A stretch of DNA of 59,567 nt, the filler included, from Sluysia triapertura (lineage: Eukaryota): assembly GCA_046118255.1 (NCBI GenBank). It is 4 parts of 4 records of this genome, joined end to end, with 100 filler letters (N's around TTAATTAATTAA, not from the genome) between each part and the next. Parts side by side here need not be neighbours in the genome. Positions count along the whole stretch, not along the records: positions 33,536 to 44,727 come from JBJNIA010187667.1; positions 44,828 to 59,567 come from JBJNIA010250088.1; 2 more parts are not named here. The stretch is one strand, 5' to 3'. The notes beneath the pieces were generated by a model. That model saw only the letters and a program-made list of their open reading frames with translations. It was not told the origin of the DNA and made no database searches. Position 1 is the first letter of the stretch. The number at the start of each line of letters is the position of its first letter. Shown here piece by piece: positions 41,310-56,399 of the stretch. A program made the translations under genes and the position numbers.

Positions 41310-41680
41310 GTCTTAATTAATTTAATTAAGATTTCAATTAATTAATCAATTTTTAAACTTCATCTCGTTACATACTTAAAGGTTTTGTTAAAGTTTTGAA
41401 GTTGTTTAGTATTTCATAAGGCATTCAGAGATTCCAGATTCTTTCACTTTCACTACTTTTACCCTTTTTTTTACTTCTTTAAGTTAAGTATTCATGTGTT
41501 AAATTTAAAGCTTCAAAGATTCTTAAACGTTAATAAGATTTCAAGATACTCAAGTTTCACAACGTTTTCAAAGATCTTGACAAAACTTGGAGTTTTTGTT
41601 ACTCCAAAGTATTATTCAATTCTCAAAATGACTATAGATGTTTTGATCTTCATCATTCATTCCAACAATGCTTTATTATA
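41310..41680 (-). repeat. Dispersed repeat family R3, copy 3
   Basis: Same palindrome-rich block and terminal block as the other R3 copies. Confidence 0.6.
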
Positions 41681-41788
41681 ATTTGCCTATCATTTTGTAG
41701 CCATTTTTCCAATTCCACATCTTTCGTACTCGTCTTTCATTAACAGCTGGTTTTATTTTTATTAATTATTATCCTCATAATTGTCATC

Positions 41789-41789
<1 letters not shown>

Positions 41790-41850
<61 letters not shown>
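41790..41850. repeat. (TTA)n microsatellite
   Basis: Perfect trinucleotide run. Confidence 0.95.
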
Positions 41851-42367
41851 GCTACATCAATAATTTAATTTTTGAGATAACATTTTTACTTACATCGCCT
41901 TTAGTTTATATAATTTTGATATTGTTTCTCACAAAGTGCATTTATTTGGTATAATTATTATTTATTTCGATAATTGATAAATTGTATTAAGTGTGACAAT
42001 GGATACACAATTGCAGTTAAATCCTTGATTTTCTGAGCTTTGAATTTACAAGTAAAAGATTTAATTTAAATTATTTAAATCATAATATACGCATTTACTT
42101 ACAGATACATTAATATCTAGCATCCTTTATAAATTTATTTTATTACTTTGTTATTTTCATCTTATTAACTTGTAAAATATTTTCAGTAACCTTATGCCAA
42201 CATTTCCTAGAACCATGGGAAATTGCTAGAAATACACGAAATTTTTATTTTTTGACATGAATAGAAAATGCATTGAATCGTGCACACGCTTTTCTTGATT
42301 ATTAGTCCAAAAATTAATAATTTAAAAATGTAATATAATTTAATATAACTAAATTGTTTTCAATTAA

Positions 42368-42533
42368 CACGTTGAATGCCACACTAATTTCATATGGCTT
42401 GTCCGTCTGGCCAAAATGAATTTCCTAGTATGTGTTGCATATTAAATTTAAGCATTAAAAATTTACTCCAATTACGCGTTTCTAATAATCTTGCTATCGC
42501 CGGTCATCGATGACCCCCATGGCATTTAACGTG
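42368..42533. mobile_element. piggyBac-type MITE (166 bp)
   Basis: TTAA on both sides; 14-bp TIR CACGTTGAATGCCA / TGGCATTTAACGTG with one mismatch. Confidence 0.8.
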
Positions 42534-45497
42534 TTAATATACATGTATTTTTTTAATTTATGCCTTTCAAAAAATCATTTTTCAAATATAAGAACTTTAT
42601 GGATCACGGAAAGGTAAGTTATGAGAGCTTTTAACTCAAATCACTCAAATTTAATGCTACTTCTTAAATTAATAGAATTTACAATTTATATGAAACTGCA
42701 ATAAACAAATATAAAGCGAGACAATAAAAATTCAACATAAATGGAAATAACAATGCGAAAGATATATCTAATTATTAGCACACTTTAGTAATTGTAAATT
42801 GAAAAAACCAGCAATACATTCTTCACGCGTAGTTAACTACATTGTACTTTTTAATGAAGCGAACGTGACTTAAAATATGTTTAAATTAAAACCAAATATT
42901 TGAATGTTTTTAAATATAACTGTTACTTATAAGAATGAACTTATGTAAAACTAACGAGAGCCGATTTAAATATACACTTTGGTAATTTTCAATTGTGATT
43001 AATATAGCAAATATAATCACAATTTAAACTGATTCTATTGAAAAATGATTACAATTTCTTGGTAAATGTTGTGTCCCATATAAATGTCTGTTTTCATATG
43101 AAAAGTTTTAAAATTAAATGGATTTAAATATACCTCACCAGGAATTTTTTTATATTTTCAAAATAGAGAAACACACTATATCAAGGTCAAATATGATTGG
43201 CCATAAGGTATAAAATTCCGATTAAAAATTCGTCACACACTTAGACTGTTATTATGACTGATAGACGACACAAAATTAATGAATATCCATAATTGTTCGT
43301 TTCTACAATGACGTAAACCAATTATTCGGCTCTAGAAATTCCTATCCACACCCATATAAGAATATCAAATTATACGATCATCCTAAAACTGCATATTGTG
43401 ATGAAAGTGTTGGAATAATGCCAGCAATAATGCACAAAGACAATAGAAAAAGTATCCTAAGAATTGAAATATTGTCTGCTTTTAGTAAAACTATTACTGT
43501 GCATATATTAAAAAATAATTTAGGGTTGATATTTTACGAATTATCTGAAAAATAATATTAAAAGAATGGATATAGTTCAAATGTAGTACGCAATTATATT
43601 TGATTTCTGACAGACAAACTTGCTTGTTTAGAGAGAACAAAGCTGATGTGTGAAAACAGTTGCAAACGACTGCGTAATCCATCAAAAACCCCGAGCGAAG
43701 TACATTACTCCTGAATTGTTACCACTTTTTAGTTGTTTTCAAATAGAAAATAAAACAATGTGGAAAATTCTGATGCATGTTCTTTGTTGGTTCTTCAATA
43801 TTTGATCATAGATCTTTTTGTCAAAGGTTTTGTAACCGCCGGTATGTCTATACAGGCATACACGGATTAATAACTTTATAATATTTGTGCTTATTGGATA
43901 AAATTCAGAAACACCTGAAAATAAAAATAAATATATTAACTAAATTACAAATTTAATTCGAGTTACCACACCAAAGATTCCGATTCAATAAATTAAAGTT
44001 TGTTACATTTTTCATTAACTGATTTGTGAATGTTTAAGAATAATTTATTAGAGAAAAAGATGTTAAACTTTAGGAAAACAACTTATACTGGTTTATAATT
44101 TACATTTTACATCTTTCAGATAGATCTTTACTTGAAACTTTTTCCAAATAAAAAAATTAATAATCTTACTTTCAAATACATTGAAACTATGTATAATTAA
44201 ATTAAACATAAATCAAACTTTTTTACAATCTTGATTGATATACAAAAGACTTTTAGATCTGTTATTACATTTGAGATGCGAATAAAATTCCAAAATAATC
44301 ATCAGTAACCAAAATTTCCATGTATGAATATTTTTTATCAAAGTTCACAAGTATTTTATTAAACTTGGCGAAAAATAATTGTTAGCTGCTATTATATAAT
44401 GTTTATTTGCTTAGATTTTTACAGTTAAAACAAAAATATTTAATTAACTGATAACTCACTCATATGAAATACTTACTTATTTTTTTATAATATATTTTTT
44501 TTCGAAAACTATTTTCGATTGTGTTTTGTTAACTCTATAAACAATAATGAAAATTTCGAATAAAATATAACACATGATAATATTAGTATTATAATTATTA
44601 AGCTCTAAGGATGGAATAAATTTTGAACAATCAAAATAAATCAACAAGAAGTCATGTCTTTATTAATTCCATTATTTCCAGCATCTTTTCTTCACAGATG
44701 GCATTGGTCCTTTTAGCACTTTTGCATNNNNNNNNNNNNNNNNNNNNNNNNNNNNNNNNNNNNNNNNNNNNTTAATTAATTAANNNNNNNNNNNNNNNNN
44801 NNNNNNNNNNNNNNNNNNNNNNNNNNNTCGTCTTAGTTCTTTAATAATGTTGAACCTATTCTGTCATCCTTAGTTTTGACCCTTACATCTACCATTATTC
44901 TTCACCAATCCCAACAGAACCATGAATACATATTTTCTCACATAATTGCCTTAATTTTTTTGTTTAAGTACTGAAAATGAAAAAATAATGTCTACTGGAC
45001 TTAACCAATTTTCTGAAAGTTTAAAGCACCTTAACTTCAATGTTTATCTTTTTTAGTAATGTTTAATATTAAAATTAAGCATCAGCACTATCATATAATA
45101 AACCTTCTCAAATAAACCTACAGCAAAAAGTAAGTTACACACAATGACAAGAATAAAATAATGTAATGTTAATTATTTAAATTAAGTTTAAAGTTATTGT
45201 AAAATTATTTTATTAGGTTAATTAAAAATTTTTACAACTGATTTTACCTTCATTTTCTATGCTTTTTAAAATGTACTATCGTTAACTGAAGCTGTTGTGG
45301 ATGTGAATTAAGTATGGCTGATATTGCGCTCGTTGGATATTTACCAATTGAAATGATTTGTGCAAATAATAATACAATATTCAAATTATTTGCAACAAAT
45401 TAAAACAAAGAGCATATAAAAATAGTTATAAAATGACAATAATTACATAGCATTTTATTAAAAACGTAAAATCCATAAATTTTTTTGATAAAGGCAG

Positions 45498-48400
45498 TTA
45501 TTTAATGCAGTTTCGAACAAAATCTCTGACTGACCAAATACTGAAGGCACTACTGATTAACGTAATCAAAACTAAACTATTTTTATACCAATTGTTATCA
45601 GACCATACACAAAATTCTCTGACGACCAAACGTGGCCAATGTTTCTGAACTCTTCTTTGAAAGGCACGACTGGAACTGTAACTACCCATAGCTACAAGAA
45701 AATGCTGATATTTTTCATCACGTTCGATGGGTTGCAATTTTCGGACATCTGCATCACCAAATTCGCAAAGTAATTGTTCCAACTAAATACATATAATTAT
45801 TTTAAAACATTTATAAATGTTTTAAGTATATAGAAATAACCAAATTAAAACAGTATCTAAAACAGTATCAATCAAGTATCTAAAATATTAATATCGAAAC
45901 GAAGATAATTGTTATTTAATACATCGCACTTTTATAAAATAAAATTCAATACTCCAAGTTATCGAGATATCGCATTTATTTACTTAATCCGGATGTTTAT
46001 CAGTATCAAAACTGCTTAGATTATTGTGGTGATTTCTTTAGTTTAAGTAAATAATCATAATTTTTGGTTTGTTGTGTGGATTAAAAACAAAATCAAAAGT
46101 TAAGAGAATAAAAGAAATTATAGATTTATTAAATTAAAACAATGTTTAATTTTAATAATGTTCAATAACATAATATAATAATAATTAATACTCATAATTT
46201 GTATAATAAAATAATAACCATTTTAAATTGATATTGCATAGAAATAATATGAAATCAAAATTTATAAACAAAATCATATCATAGCTGATTAAATAAATAA
46301 AATCATTTCAAATTAAGATTAGATATAAATATGAAATTAAAATTTAAAAGCATTATATTCCATCAAAATCATTTTAAATTAAGATTGCATAAAAATTATA
46401 TAAAATCAAAGTTTAAGAATCAATTAAAATTATTTCAAACTGAGAATTCGAATAAAATAATAATTTAGACCAATAAATTAATAATTTTAATGTGTTATTT
46501 ATTAATATGCGATTTGATAAGTAATATGAATAGAATAAAGCTAAGTAATTTTGATTAATGATTTAATTACTACGTATATAACAATATTAAATAAAAATTG
46601 TGTATATAATAAAATTAAAATATGTTCAATAATTGATGAATTATTTTGTGTGCATAGAGGATAGAACAAAATAATATAAATTGTGATTCAAGATCGTGAG
46701 TATTCAGATAACAATTTTGAAGGGTAATTTATTAATTTCTTCTGGTTTATATTATTAAGGTTATAATCTTTTCATTATCCTACTTATTTATGATAAGCGT
46801 AAATATAAATTTCATAATAAACTTGATTATAATTTTTTAATAAAACTTATTGTCTATATAAACTTTGTTTTCGTTCTGAAGAGAAAAACTAAAGGTATTG
46901 GTAAATAAAGTTTAATAAAATAAAATAAAGTTGTAAGATTACTACGAACTAAAGTAAGATTGTTGTGAAATAAAGTTTTTTGCGAAAAGATTCAGTGTTG
47001 AAAGTAAACTAAGTGAAATGATACATTGTCTATTAAGCATTTCCATTTCGAACTGAGACGAGTGTAAGACTCACGACATCAACGATAAATATTTTGAATC
47101 GAGTAAAACTTTTAGAAAAGTTAAGTGAGCTAATATAAGTGCATAATTATTGACACTCGCTAAAAATTTACAATTAAAAAGAACTCAACGTAGAGAACAA
47201 TTTGATGTAGTATTATAAACCACAAACATATAAACCCCATTCATAATTTTTTGATTATTAAAATTTTATCTACTGATAAATGAAAATGGAATTGTAGAGA
47301 ATATCAATTATTAAAAATAAATTTTAGCTACTTATAATTAAATTGGTAGTGAGAAAATAACGGCCTCTATTTGTCGAATTTGGAATAGAAATTTAGTTTA
47401 TAGTAGGAAAATGATTTAGAACCAAAAATTAAGTTATTTTACTTCATTACTATCTCTATATTCAATTATTTTATATTATTAAATACAATTTAAATAGAAG
47501 CATTTTTACTTTAATAAATACAATGAAAATAAAACAGGAAAATTTGGATTTAAATTGACAAAAATATATATAAAGGATGTTAAACAATTAATTATAAACT
47601 AACAAATGGCTGACAAAAATAAACTTCTTCCGTTTCTGAAGTGTCACCTGAATCTACATCGTCAACATCAGCCCCTAAATTATTTTCTTCCAACTTCAGT
47701 TGTAAATTTTCTTCGATATTTAATTTTTCATGCGCAGTTGGTTTCAATTCTGATGAAGGACAACTATCATACACGACCAACCAATTAGGTCTACTTTTAA
47801 ATAATTTATTTCCACAATTTGTTCTAAAACGATCATCTACTCTGTTATCTAATGTAATATGAAATTCTTTTCCGCGAATCATATTTATACAGTTTTTCCA
47901 ACTCTTCAATAATTCCTAAAATTATATATAAATTTGTGAATATAATAAGTCTTTCAAGTTTCAAATGCTTAAGAATATAACATATTAATTACTTTAGTGA
48001 TTTCAAAAAATGAATACTATTTAAAATACATGCTAAAATTATTAAATGCCTATTTATTATAATCTAACTTTCCTAGAAACATTCATACATTGGGTTATTA
48101 AATTTTCAATGTACAAATCCTAAATAATAATAAATGGACTGACCGGGAATCGAACACGGGACCTATCGCTTCACAGCTGTGCAGTTCGATGCTCTGACCA
48201 CTTAGCTGTCAACTCCACCTAACAATTTTGTTTTATTATAGTCAATTATTAACCAACACACTTATAACATTTAAGTAAACAAACTTACATATAACTTTAC
48301 TATACGCTTGAGCTAGCGTTTTTATTATAAAGAACTTTTTTTATCTTTTTAAAATATTTATATGCCAATTTGAATTAACACTATTTTGTGTATACCTATT

Positions 48401-51400
48401 TGTACACGTATATTTGGATCTAGAGCTTAAGGAAAATTTAAATAAATTTAACAATTATTATACGAGAAAAAATGGTTAAACTTAGAAAATATCAAATTAA
48501 AATGTTAAAAAGTATTGTTTGACACCTTGGGTAGAAATAGTGATACTGTTATGTCTTAGAATTACGGGCATTAATAAGTTAATCACCTTAAAATTTTTCA
48601 TATTTGTATATTGAAATTTTTTATTTCCGATATTTATAAAACTAAAACTTTATTGAGATTGTAATATTTTATTGTTATATTATGATTATGAATATTGAGT
48701 TGTCTTAAATATTATGAATATTTAACTTTAAAATACAACAGATAACTCTGTTTTACAACAATTCTGTTAATCAATTCGATTTATGACTAATCTCTTTGAT
48801 GTGGAGCCTCAAATACATATAATCCCAATAAATTTCTAACAAAAATTTCAAAAAGAAAATGTTACTTAATTTATATTGTTCCAGGACATTACCGTAGTTA
48901 TAATACCGAGGTATGTTTTTGATGAGTTTACAGTTTTGTACATGTTGGTAATATTGCACAATAGACATCAGTAGTGTTCAGAAAGTCGCATGAAAGTAGT
49001 GCAAAAATTGTTTCGAAAAAAATCGTATTGAAAGGGTTAATACTGTTAAGACTATATTTATGTATTATGTATAATATTTATGTACATTATATTTAAATAT
49101 GTTATTGTTATTTATGTTATTTTCATCAATCTAACGGTTATCACTTAGAAAGCTATTTTAAAATTAAAATTATTTAGAATTAATGAAATTTAAGAAAATT
49201 GTAAATTATTTAATAAAATTATGAAATTATTAATTAGAATTTTATAATAATAAAAATTTTTATAGGCTATAAATTTTTATCATAAAATTAGGCACAAAAT
49301 TTTATTGCCACGTGTCATAAAACTGGTATAAATAGCAACGGAATAAAGTAAAAAACTAAATAATAAAAAACAATCTAATAATAAAATTAGAGATAATTCA
49401 GGAAAACTTTTTCGACTGATAATCAAATTAATTAACAAGTAGTCAACAGATATAATCCGATATTTTTCATAAATCGATTCGAAGTAACTAGAAACACTTC
49501 AGCAAACTTCTCTGATTGATTCGAAATTACTATAGACAATTCAGCAAACCTTTTGATTGATAATCGTTTGTTATATATTGAAAAAATTACGGTTTAAAAA
49601 CATGAATATATTATAAAAGTTATATTTATGTGTAAAAGTTATTATAACCTTTTAAATCGGTTATTGATTCTATTTCTATTTATCAAATTTAATATAATTT
49701 GACTTAGGATTTAATTAATGAAAACTCCAAATTTTTATTCCGTTATTCTTTTAAATCGAATTTTTATTTAATTTAATATAATTTTAATTTACATTGTTTT
49801 AAAACTGCATCATTTTCGGTGTATAATACCGATTTATAAAATCATCATTTTCTGTTTAAGTAGAATCCCAAGGAAATTTCTATTAATAATCTCGCTATAA
49901 AGGAAAAAATAATAATTCTGTTTTATAAGTTAAGGAACTAAATTTTATTAAACTCGCTGGAGGAACCATAATTTTTGAAGCTTACTCTCATTACATTTTT
50001 TAGTATAACCTTCAAATTTGCATTAACAGAGTAGCACCATAATCTAATCATAGTCAATTGACCTCAATGGAAATAGACTCTTTTAAAATCCTACGGTCTA
50101 GCCATTTCTTGTAAGACTAGGATCATGGGCGAACTCACAACATAAAGCTCATTTATTGATCAGGGTAAGTTAAGTATTTAAGAAAAGCCCGACAATACAC
50201 TAAAGTATATTTATTAACAAAGAATTTTTATCAAATAATCAAAAAACTAAATTAGATACAAGAGATTAATTTAGGTAAGCCAGATGGAAATTTCAAGATT
50301 AATTGTTACTTTTTTGTGTTTATATGTATATGGCGTTTTTAATCAATATTATATCATGACCAATAACTTTTATTAATTTAATTATATAATTATTTTATAA
50401 TTAACTTGACCTTACGGTTAAATTTTAATATATTACCACTTTTCTTTCTATAGTTAATATTATATAAATGATTTTAATACGTGCATCGTCTTCATCTATA
50501 TTAAGTAATTTTTTTCTACAATATTGGATTTGTCATATTTTAATTCATTTATAATTGCATTTACAATCACTTAATAGTTTGTATTCGTTTATTCATTTTT
50601 ATTTTAATAAATTCATAGTTTTTTGTTATTCCAGTACCACCGTCAGATCCGTAACCTTCTGCACTAGCTAATTAAGTATCACTCACTGTTGTTAATTCCT
50701 TTATTTTTGTTACTTTTATTTACTATTTTATTTACTTTTTGACTTCAGGAAGTCTCGATCAAAGTTAGACATACATTGAGATGTTTTAGATATATTTTAT
50801 TTGAAAATTATTGAAATATTTATATACTTTTAGATTATATTATTATAAAATACTAATTCTCACACTAATAATAATAATGGAAACCGTGTGTCATCTGAAT
50901 TAAACCTTTTCTTGTCGCCAACGACGGTAAATATACATTCTGATTCGAAGACATACTTCTTTATGTTCTGAACCAACTAATCGTCTAAGCAACATTTTTG
51001 AAAATTTAAGCAAACAGAACAATTCAAACACAATTTAACACATTCAGATGAAACATCGATTTCTAAACAATTTTTAATTACACTTGAAGGGATCCTAGAA
51101 TTACTTGATATTCGTTGAATTTAACTTTGAGTTATTTTGCTTATTGATTTTATGCAGTCCGGATTTGAAAAATATCATACTTAAAAGATATAAATGTTCT
51201 ATTTCTTGCTACGGCTTTTAAATACTCGAATTTGTCCTTTCTCATTTTCTATCAACTTTTTACCTAAGTACCTGTAAACTAAATTTAAAAAAATATAAAT
51301 TTAGCTGAAAAATAAAATAATTCAAAATTTTAATATTTAGTGATGTTTTTAGATTTCTTGAAGACTTATAATTATCTTATCTAAACATTTATCCTTATAC

Positions 51401-54400
51401 AAAATTAAGTTTGCATTACAGTTGCAAATAATAAGTAAAAAATAGCAGTCATTTACATTTACCATACCATTTTGTCGGGCTTTATATTTATAAAGATTTT
51501 GTAAGATTTGTAGATGTCTTATATTTATCAATAAATTAAATTTTTTAAGTATTTAATACATTTTGTGTATTTAAAATCTCTGTAGAAAAGCACTGCTATC
51601 AAAAACATATTGTTAAAAGATGTATCAACCCATATTTCAAAATTGTAAACATTTTCCCATGAAACTATTTTAACAATATTTTTCACAATTTCTATTGTTG
51701 AAATGCAGGCTTAAAAATGCAATTTAAAAAATTGTATGGTTGTTGAATGTGCTAACCTGTATTCTCAACTGAACAAATGCTACAATTTTTGCTATAAATA
51801 CAATGAAGATCTTAATATAAATATCTTAGGTACGAATAAAAACTTATTGATAAAATGATATTTTACATTTAGGAGTATTATTTGGTGAAACTAGACATGA
51901 CAGTGACAAGATCTAAGTAAAATTCTAGGTGGAAATATATGCGATTTAAAAAAAATTACAAAATGTAACTTAGGTGCAAAATTCAAATATGTTTTTTACA
52001 AATTTTATATTCAGTCAATATTGCCATTACATTTTAAGAATTTGACTATTAATGTTCAGATTCATTCTAGCCTACGCCAACGACAAGTTGGTCGTTTTTG
52101 TCATATAAAATTCTCCTGATGCCAGTTTTGTATAACTAAAGATTTATGTAATGTGTGAATATAACAGATTTCACCAAATATTATCACTGAACATTTTTGA
52201 CATTTGGTGATACTATTTGGGCAATGATATTATTTGGTGATTTTGCTTTTTCAACACGAAATCATCTAAAAATTCTAAATATATCAAAAATAGATTCGTC
52301 ACTGAGTTGTCCCTCTCGGTTTGAAGTAGATCATATCTCTATCTATGTACCAAATACAGATGATATTATTGAGTTTTATAAAGTTCCAACCGACGAATTA
52401 ACCAAAGATTGTGCTGGTGGTCTTGGAATGCCATCAAATTAGAGTTTTGTGAATTATGGCATATTTATGTACTTTGTGTGTTATAAGTTGAGCGGTGTTT
52501 GTGCTTCATTGTTGAGTCCTATTGTATTTAGCATTTGGATTTTTGGTTTCATGTTTTCATCTGTTTACGAATTTCGTGAATGCACTGAATAATGTAACGT
52601 ATGACTTTTAGTTTGTGAAATGGTATTGTTTGATGATTAAGAGTTGTGATTTATTGGTCAAATTTGGAAATTTTCTTATGTGTTATGAATTATGCGGTGT
52701 TTATGTACTATGATTTTATATTATATAGTGACTATTGAAAGCTATAAGACTTTAAGAAATACTCACGAAATGATTATTTCCTATAAGCACGTGGAGATCT
52801 CGCTCCATATCATCTTATGATAACTACATATGTCAAAGTTTGAATTAAAATTGTTGATATACACTGAATCCTGTATGACTCAAAATGTACTTATTCATGC
52901 TAATGAAATCTACATTAATTCTGAAGAGGAATTACGTACAGCATTATGTAATAAAATTTGTACAGTATTAAAAATCTTATTCGTAAATGCAATATTAAGA
53001 TTAACTTTATTTTTGGAAATCCTAAAGTAAAAATCTGCACTAAATTTGTTACACAGAATTATGAGACAACTTAAAATGTGCATTAAAATGATATAATGCC
53101 TTTATTTATAGATTGTATAAATATGCATTTACAAATCATTGCTAGAAACTTCTACTACAATAATTAACAAGTAAACAACCCGAAAAATTATTAGGTTGAA
53201 AAAACTACAAACTATCGATGTTATGGATACGGAATCGGAAGTTTACATGCTGCATTTATGCCTAATAAATGAAATGGGTAAAATTAGTAGACACATTTGT
53301 ATTGGTAGATAGTGATTAAAGTGGTCATTCAAAAACACAAGATCCTAATCTGACATTAGACAATGTCATAAAAATGAATGTGATATTCTCTTTAATTTAT
53401 TTAGAATAAATTAGTTTATCATATTTTTTTCTCTAAAGTCTAATACCAATTTTTTAACAAGTTTAATAAACAAATTTTGTTTAAAGAGAAATTTTGCAAT
53501 CTTATATTTTTATAGATTCTTATTAAAACTAACAGATAGATTTACGCAAACGATCGAAATGCTCTGATGTATAATTAAAAATAAAATACTTACTTCGTAG
53601 GCTTCAAAACATGGCAACGTTATTTGACTAGATTTATTCAACACAATTTCTTTATTTTTATTAAAATCTGAAAGTGAAGTATCATCAATTATATTGTATA
53701 TTTTCCCGCGATATAACATATTAGCAAAATATAATAAACAGCATCCTGTCATGTAAGCATCGTAACCAGCATGGTGCGCAACAAAAGCTTGATGATTGTT
53801 GTTATTATCATTTCCAAAATTTACAACTAAAATTAAACACAATTTAACTGTTTGAAAATTATTTATACATTTAATAAGGCAAACAAGATTAATAAAGAAA
53901 TTAAGGTTAAAAATGACTGAAAATTAATAACTAAATCAACAAATATAGAATTTTATTACTAATTCATTTTATTCTAGTAGCGGTCTATGCGTATTTTACA
54001 TAATTAATGATACTAAGTTATTTCTGAAAATATCCGTTAAAATATTTTTTTAATTTTAAAATACAAAATATATTCTTCGAATTGAACTTGAAAAATAAGT
54101 GCAGTAGGACTTGAGATGGTTTGTTTCAGAAAACAGACTAATAACAGTTACAATTCTGCCAATCAAGAAACTATAAAATATAACCAAAACTATAAACTTA
54201 ATAATTATAAAATATTCTATAAAGTTAGTGGAAACACTAAATAAAATAGAATTTTCAGCGTGCAAATTAATAACTTATTACATGACTTTATAAAATTTTA
54301 CTTTTAATAATGATTTTGTAATTCTTAAATAGATTGTGATTTAATTAAGTGCCGAAAACCTAACCGAGTTGATTATAAATAATAAGTAATAAAATTGTTG

Positions 54401-55684
54401 ACGTAATTTTGAAATTTCAAAAACGAATCAAATAAAAAGTTTTCATTATCAATATGGTCAGCAGAAATAATTTATAACCAAATTTGATTACATAGCTTAA
54501 AATTAACTTACTGGAAGAATTTTCTGTAAGTTCAATTTTTATTCCTAGATCTCGACTAAATTAAAATAAATATAATCATAAAATGTAACCTCGATTGGTT
54601 TATTTTTGTTAATGAATTATAAATAGTTTCCAGACCACCATCAATTTCACCTAATTCTTGAAAAGTCATTCTCATTCGATTAAATATAAACTTAGTATCA
54701 TAAACAGATGGAATTAATTCGTGAAATTCAGTTCTAAAATCATCGTATTCAACAGGAAGATTATCAATAAACTTCTGATATATTGCAATTAAGTCAAACA
54801 AACAATTATGACCAACTATAGGCTAAAAATTAATTAAAACACATTTAAACAATACTTTTTTCATTTGAGTTATCATTTTCCATAATTTACTAACACCTAA
54901 CATTTCAACGCAAAATTTATATTTATCACTTTTAGTGTTAAATTCTTCTTCTAATTGATCAAGCTTGAACCTTGTTTCAGAAGGAACTTTTTCAACAAAA
55001 ATCTAAAAATAATAAATATAAATAAGATGTTACTTTGTTTTTAATTAATTTTGTGCTTATGTTCATGAAATGTGATCGTAAATAACATTGATGAAAATAA
55101 GGATGTAAGCCATTCATTGTATGCAATTCAATAAATTTATTTTCTGTTTCTAAAAAACTTGTCACTTCTGGTCGTTGCTTTTCAAGAAAACGTTTTTGTT
55201 CTTCTGTCATACCACTCATTATTGTAACACTATCTAATTTCTTTTTAAGGTCATTAAACTCTTCTTTATTTAAAAATGTGACACCATTATCGACAATTTC
55301 ATTTAAATTCATTTGGTGACTTCTAAGGAATCTTAAAGCAGCAGCTGAACATATAAAAGAAGAATCAAAAAAATCAGATCCCAACGGATATAAATAGATA
55401 TTGTATATTTTGGCAATAAACTTTGATGAATAATTCATAATTGAACTGTTATTCACTACGCGTTTAAATACAACTATTCCCAACTGAAATGCTGTAAATG
55501 ATTTAACTCCATCACTGATATGCTTATAACGATCATTTATTGTATCAAAAAGTGTATAATTATGCTGATACTGCAACCGAATACCTGAATATTCTAAATC
55601 AAATGCTATAAAATCACATTCTTTAATATCAGAAATAATGCTAGGATATAATTCGTTAAAATTGGATTTATTAACATCAACCAT
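45498..55684 (-). CDS. PNLDC1: PARN-family (CAF1/DEDDh) 3'-5' exoribonuclease, most similar to PNLDC1/Trimmer, about 634 aa
   Basis: ATG at 55684. Exons 55684-55034, 55002-54856, 54822-54590, 54555-54512, 53826-53594, 47915-47604 and 45782-45498 have GT-AG sites and consistent phases. Motifs: FIAFDLEYSG, PIVGHNCLFD, YDTK, HHAGYDAYMTG. PNLDC1-like features: TLFD, NxINxIR, SRPxWLVV, DVRKL and a terminal hydrophobic helix (SLVLITLISSAFSIW). The family call is strong; PNLDC1 versus PARN rests on recalled motifs. Confidence 0.85.
48132..48258 (-). mobile_element. Partial copy of the tRNA-containing LTR family in a PNLDC1 intron
   Basis: AAATGGACTGACCGGGAATCGAAC...CTAACAATTTTG is the reverse complement of the family's tRNA-like cassette. 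Confidence 0.7.
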
Positions 55685-56039
55685 TTTAAAAAAAAATGAA
55701 AAACTAAAAAAAATTATAATAATAAAAAGTTTTCCGAACACAGATTCTGTATAATAATATAAAAGCAATAAGAATCAGTTATGAAAAAATGGTTATAAAC
55801 TACATAGTACTAATAATATTTAAACAATATTGTGGATCTTGAAAATTTTATACAAATATAAAGACTTATTTCATCTAACTTAATCAACTAACTAAATCAG
55901 TTACATAACACACAAAATTGATTTATGATTATTATATTCATCTAGTCTACTCGATCTATTTTTACTTAAATTACTTCTCACATTAAAATAACATTCACCA
56001 TAAATTTTATTTCTCCATATTTTAAAGATTTCAGTTACT

Positions 56040-56215
56040 TTAATGCTATTGAGGTCTCCAAGATTCTTAATAAAGTTTCAGATAATCTCAACGTTCAAAG
56101 GTACCCTTACAAGGATTCAACATCTTATAAAGATCTTTGGAACTCCAAGGTATTCTTCAATTTTCAACATAGCAATTTATGTTTTTATCTTCATGATTCT
56201 ACAGCAGTGTTTATA
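56040..56215 (-). repeat. Dispersed repeat family R3, partial copy 4
   Basis: GATCTTTGGAACTCCAAGGTATTCTTCAATTTTC...ATGTTTTTATCTTCATGATTC. Confidence 0.55.
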
Positions 56216-56324
56216 ATAATCTATCTTTCACTAATCTATTGATCTGCAGTTGGACGATTCAAGCAAATGAATATTTTAGCACTTCTGTTACAAAAATCGA
56301 TTAAGAAAATTTTGTTGTATAAAG

Positions 56325-56399
56325 TGTTTGACTTCATAAAATGGACTGACCTGAAATCGAACCCAGGCATTTCTTGCCTCACAATTGGAAAGTTCGATG
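56325..56399 (-). mobile_element. 3' half of the tRNA-containing LTR family
   Basis: TGTTTGACTTCATAAAATGGACTGACC...TCGAACCCAGG matches the family 3' end in reverse. Confidence 0.7.

Noticed and set aside
43300-43920. Coding-like - strand stretch (also 50880-51270, 52200-52620 and 58670-59450)
   Set aside because: Interrupted by stops and no family motif could be named with confidence; probably transposon relics, left unassigned.
54992-55768. 258-aa single-exon ORF starting at TTG 55768
   Set aside because: The likely start is ATG 55684, and the ORF tail reads into intron 1; it is exon 1 of the spliced gene.
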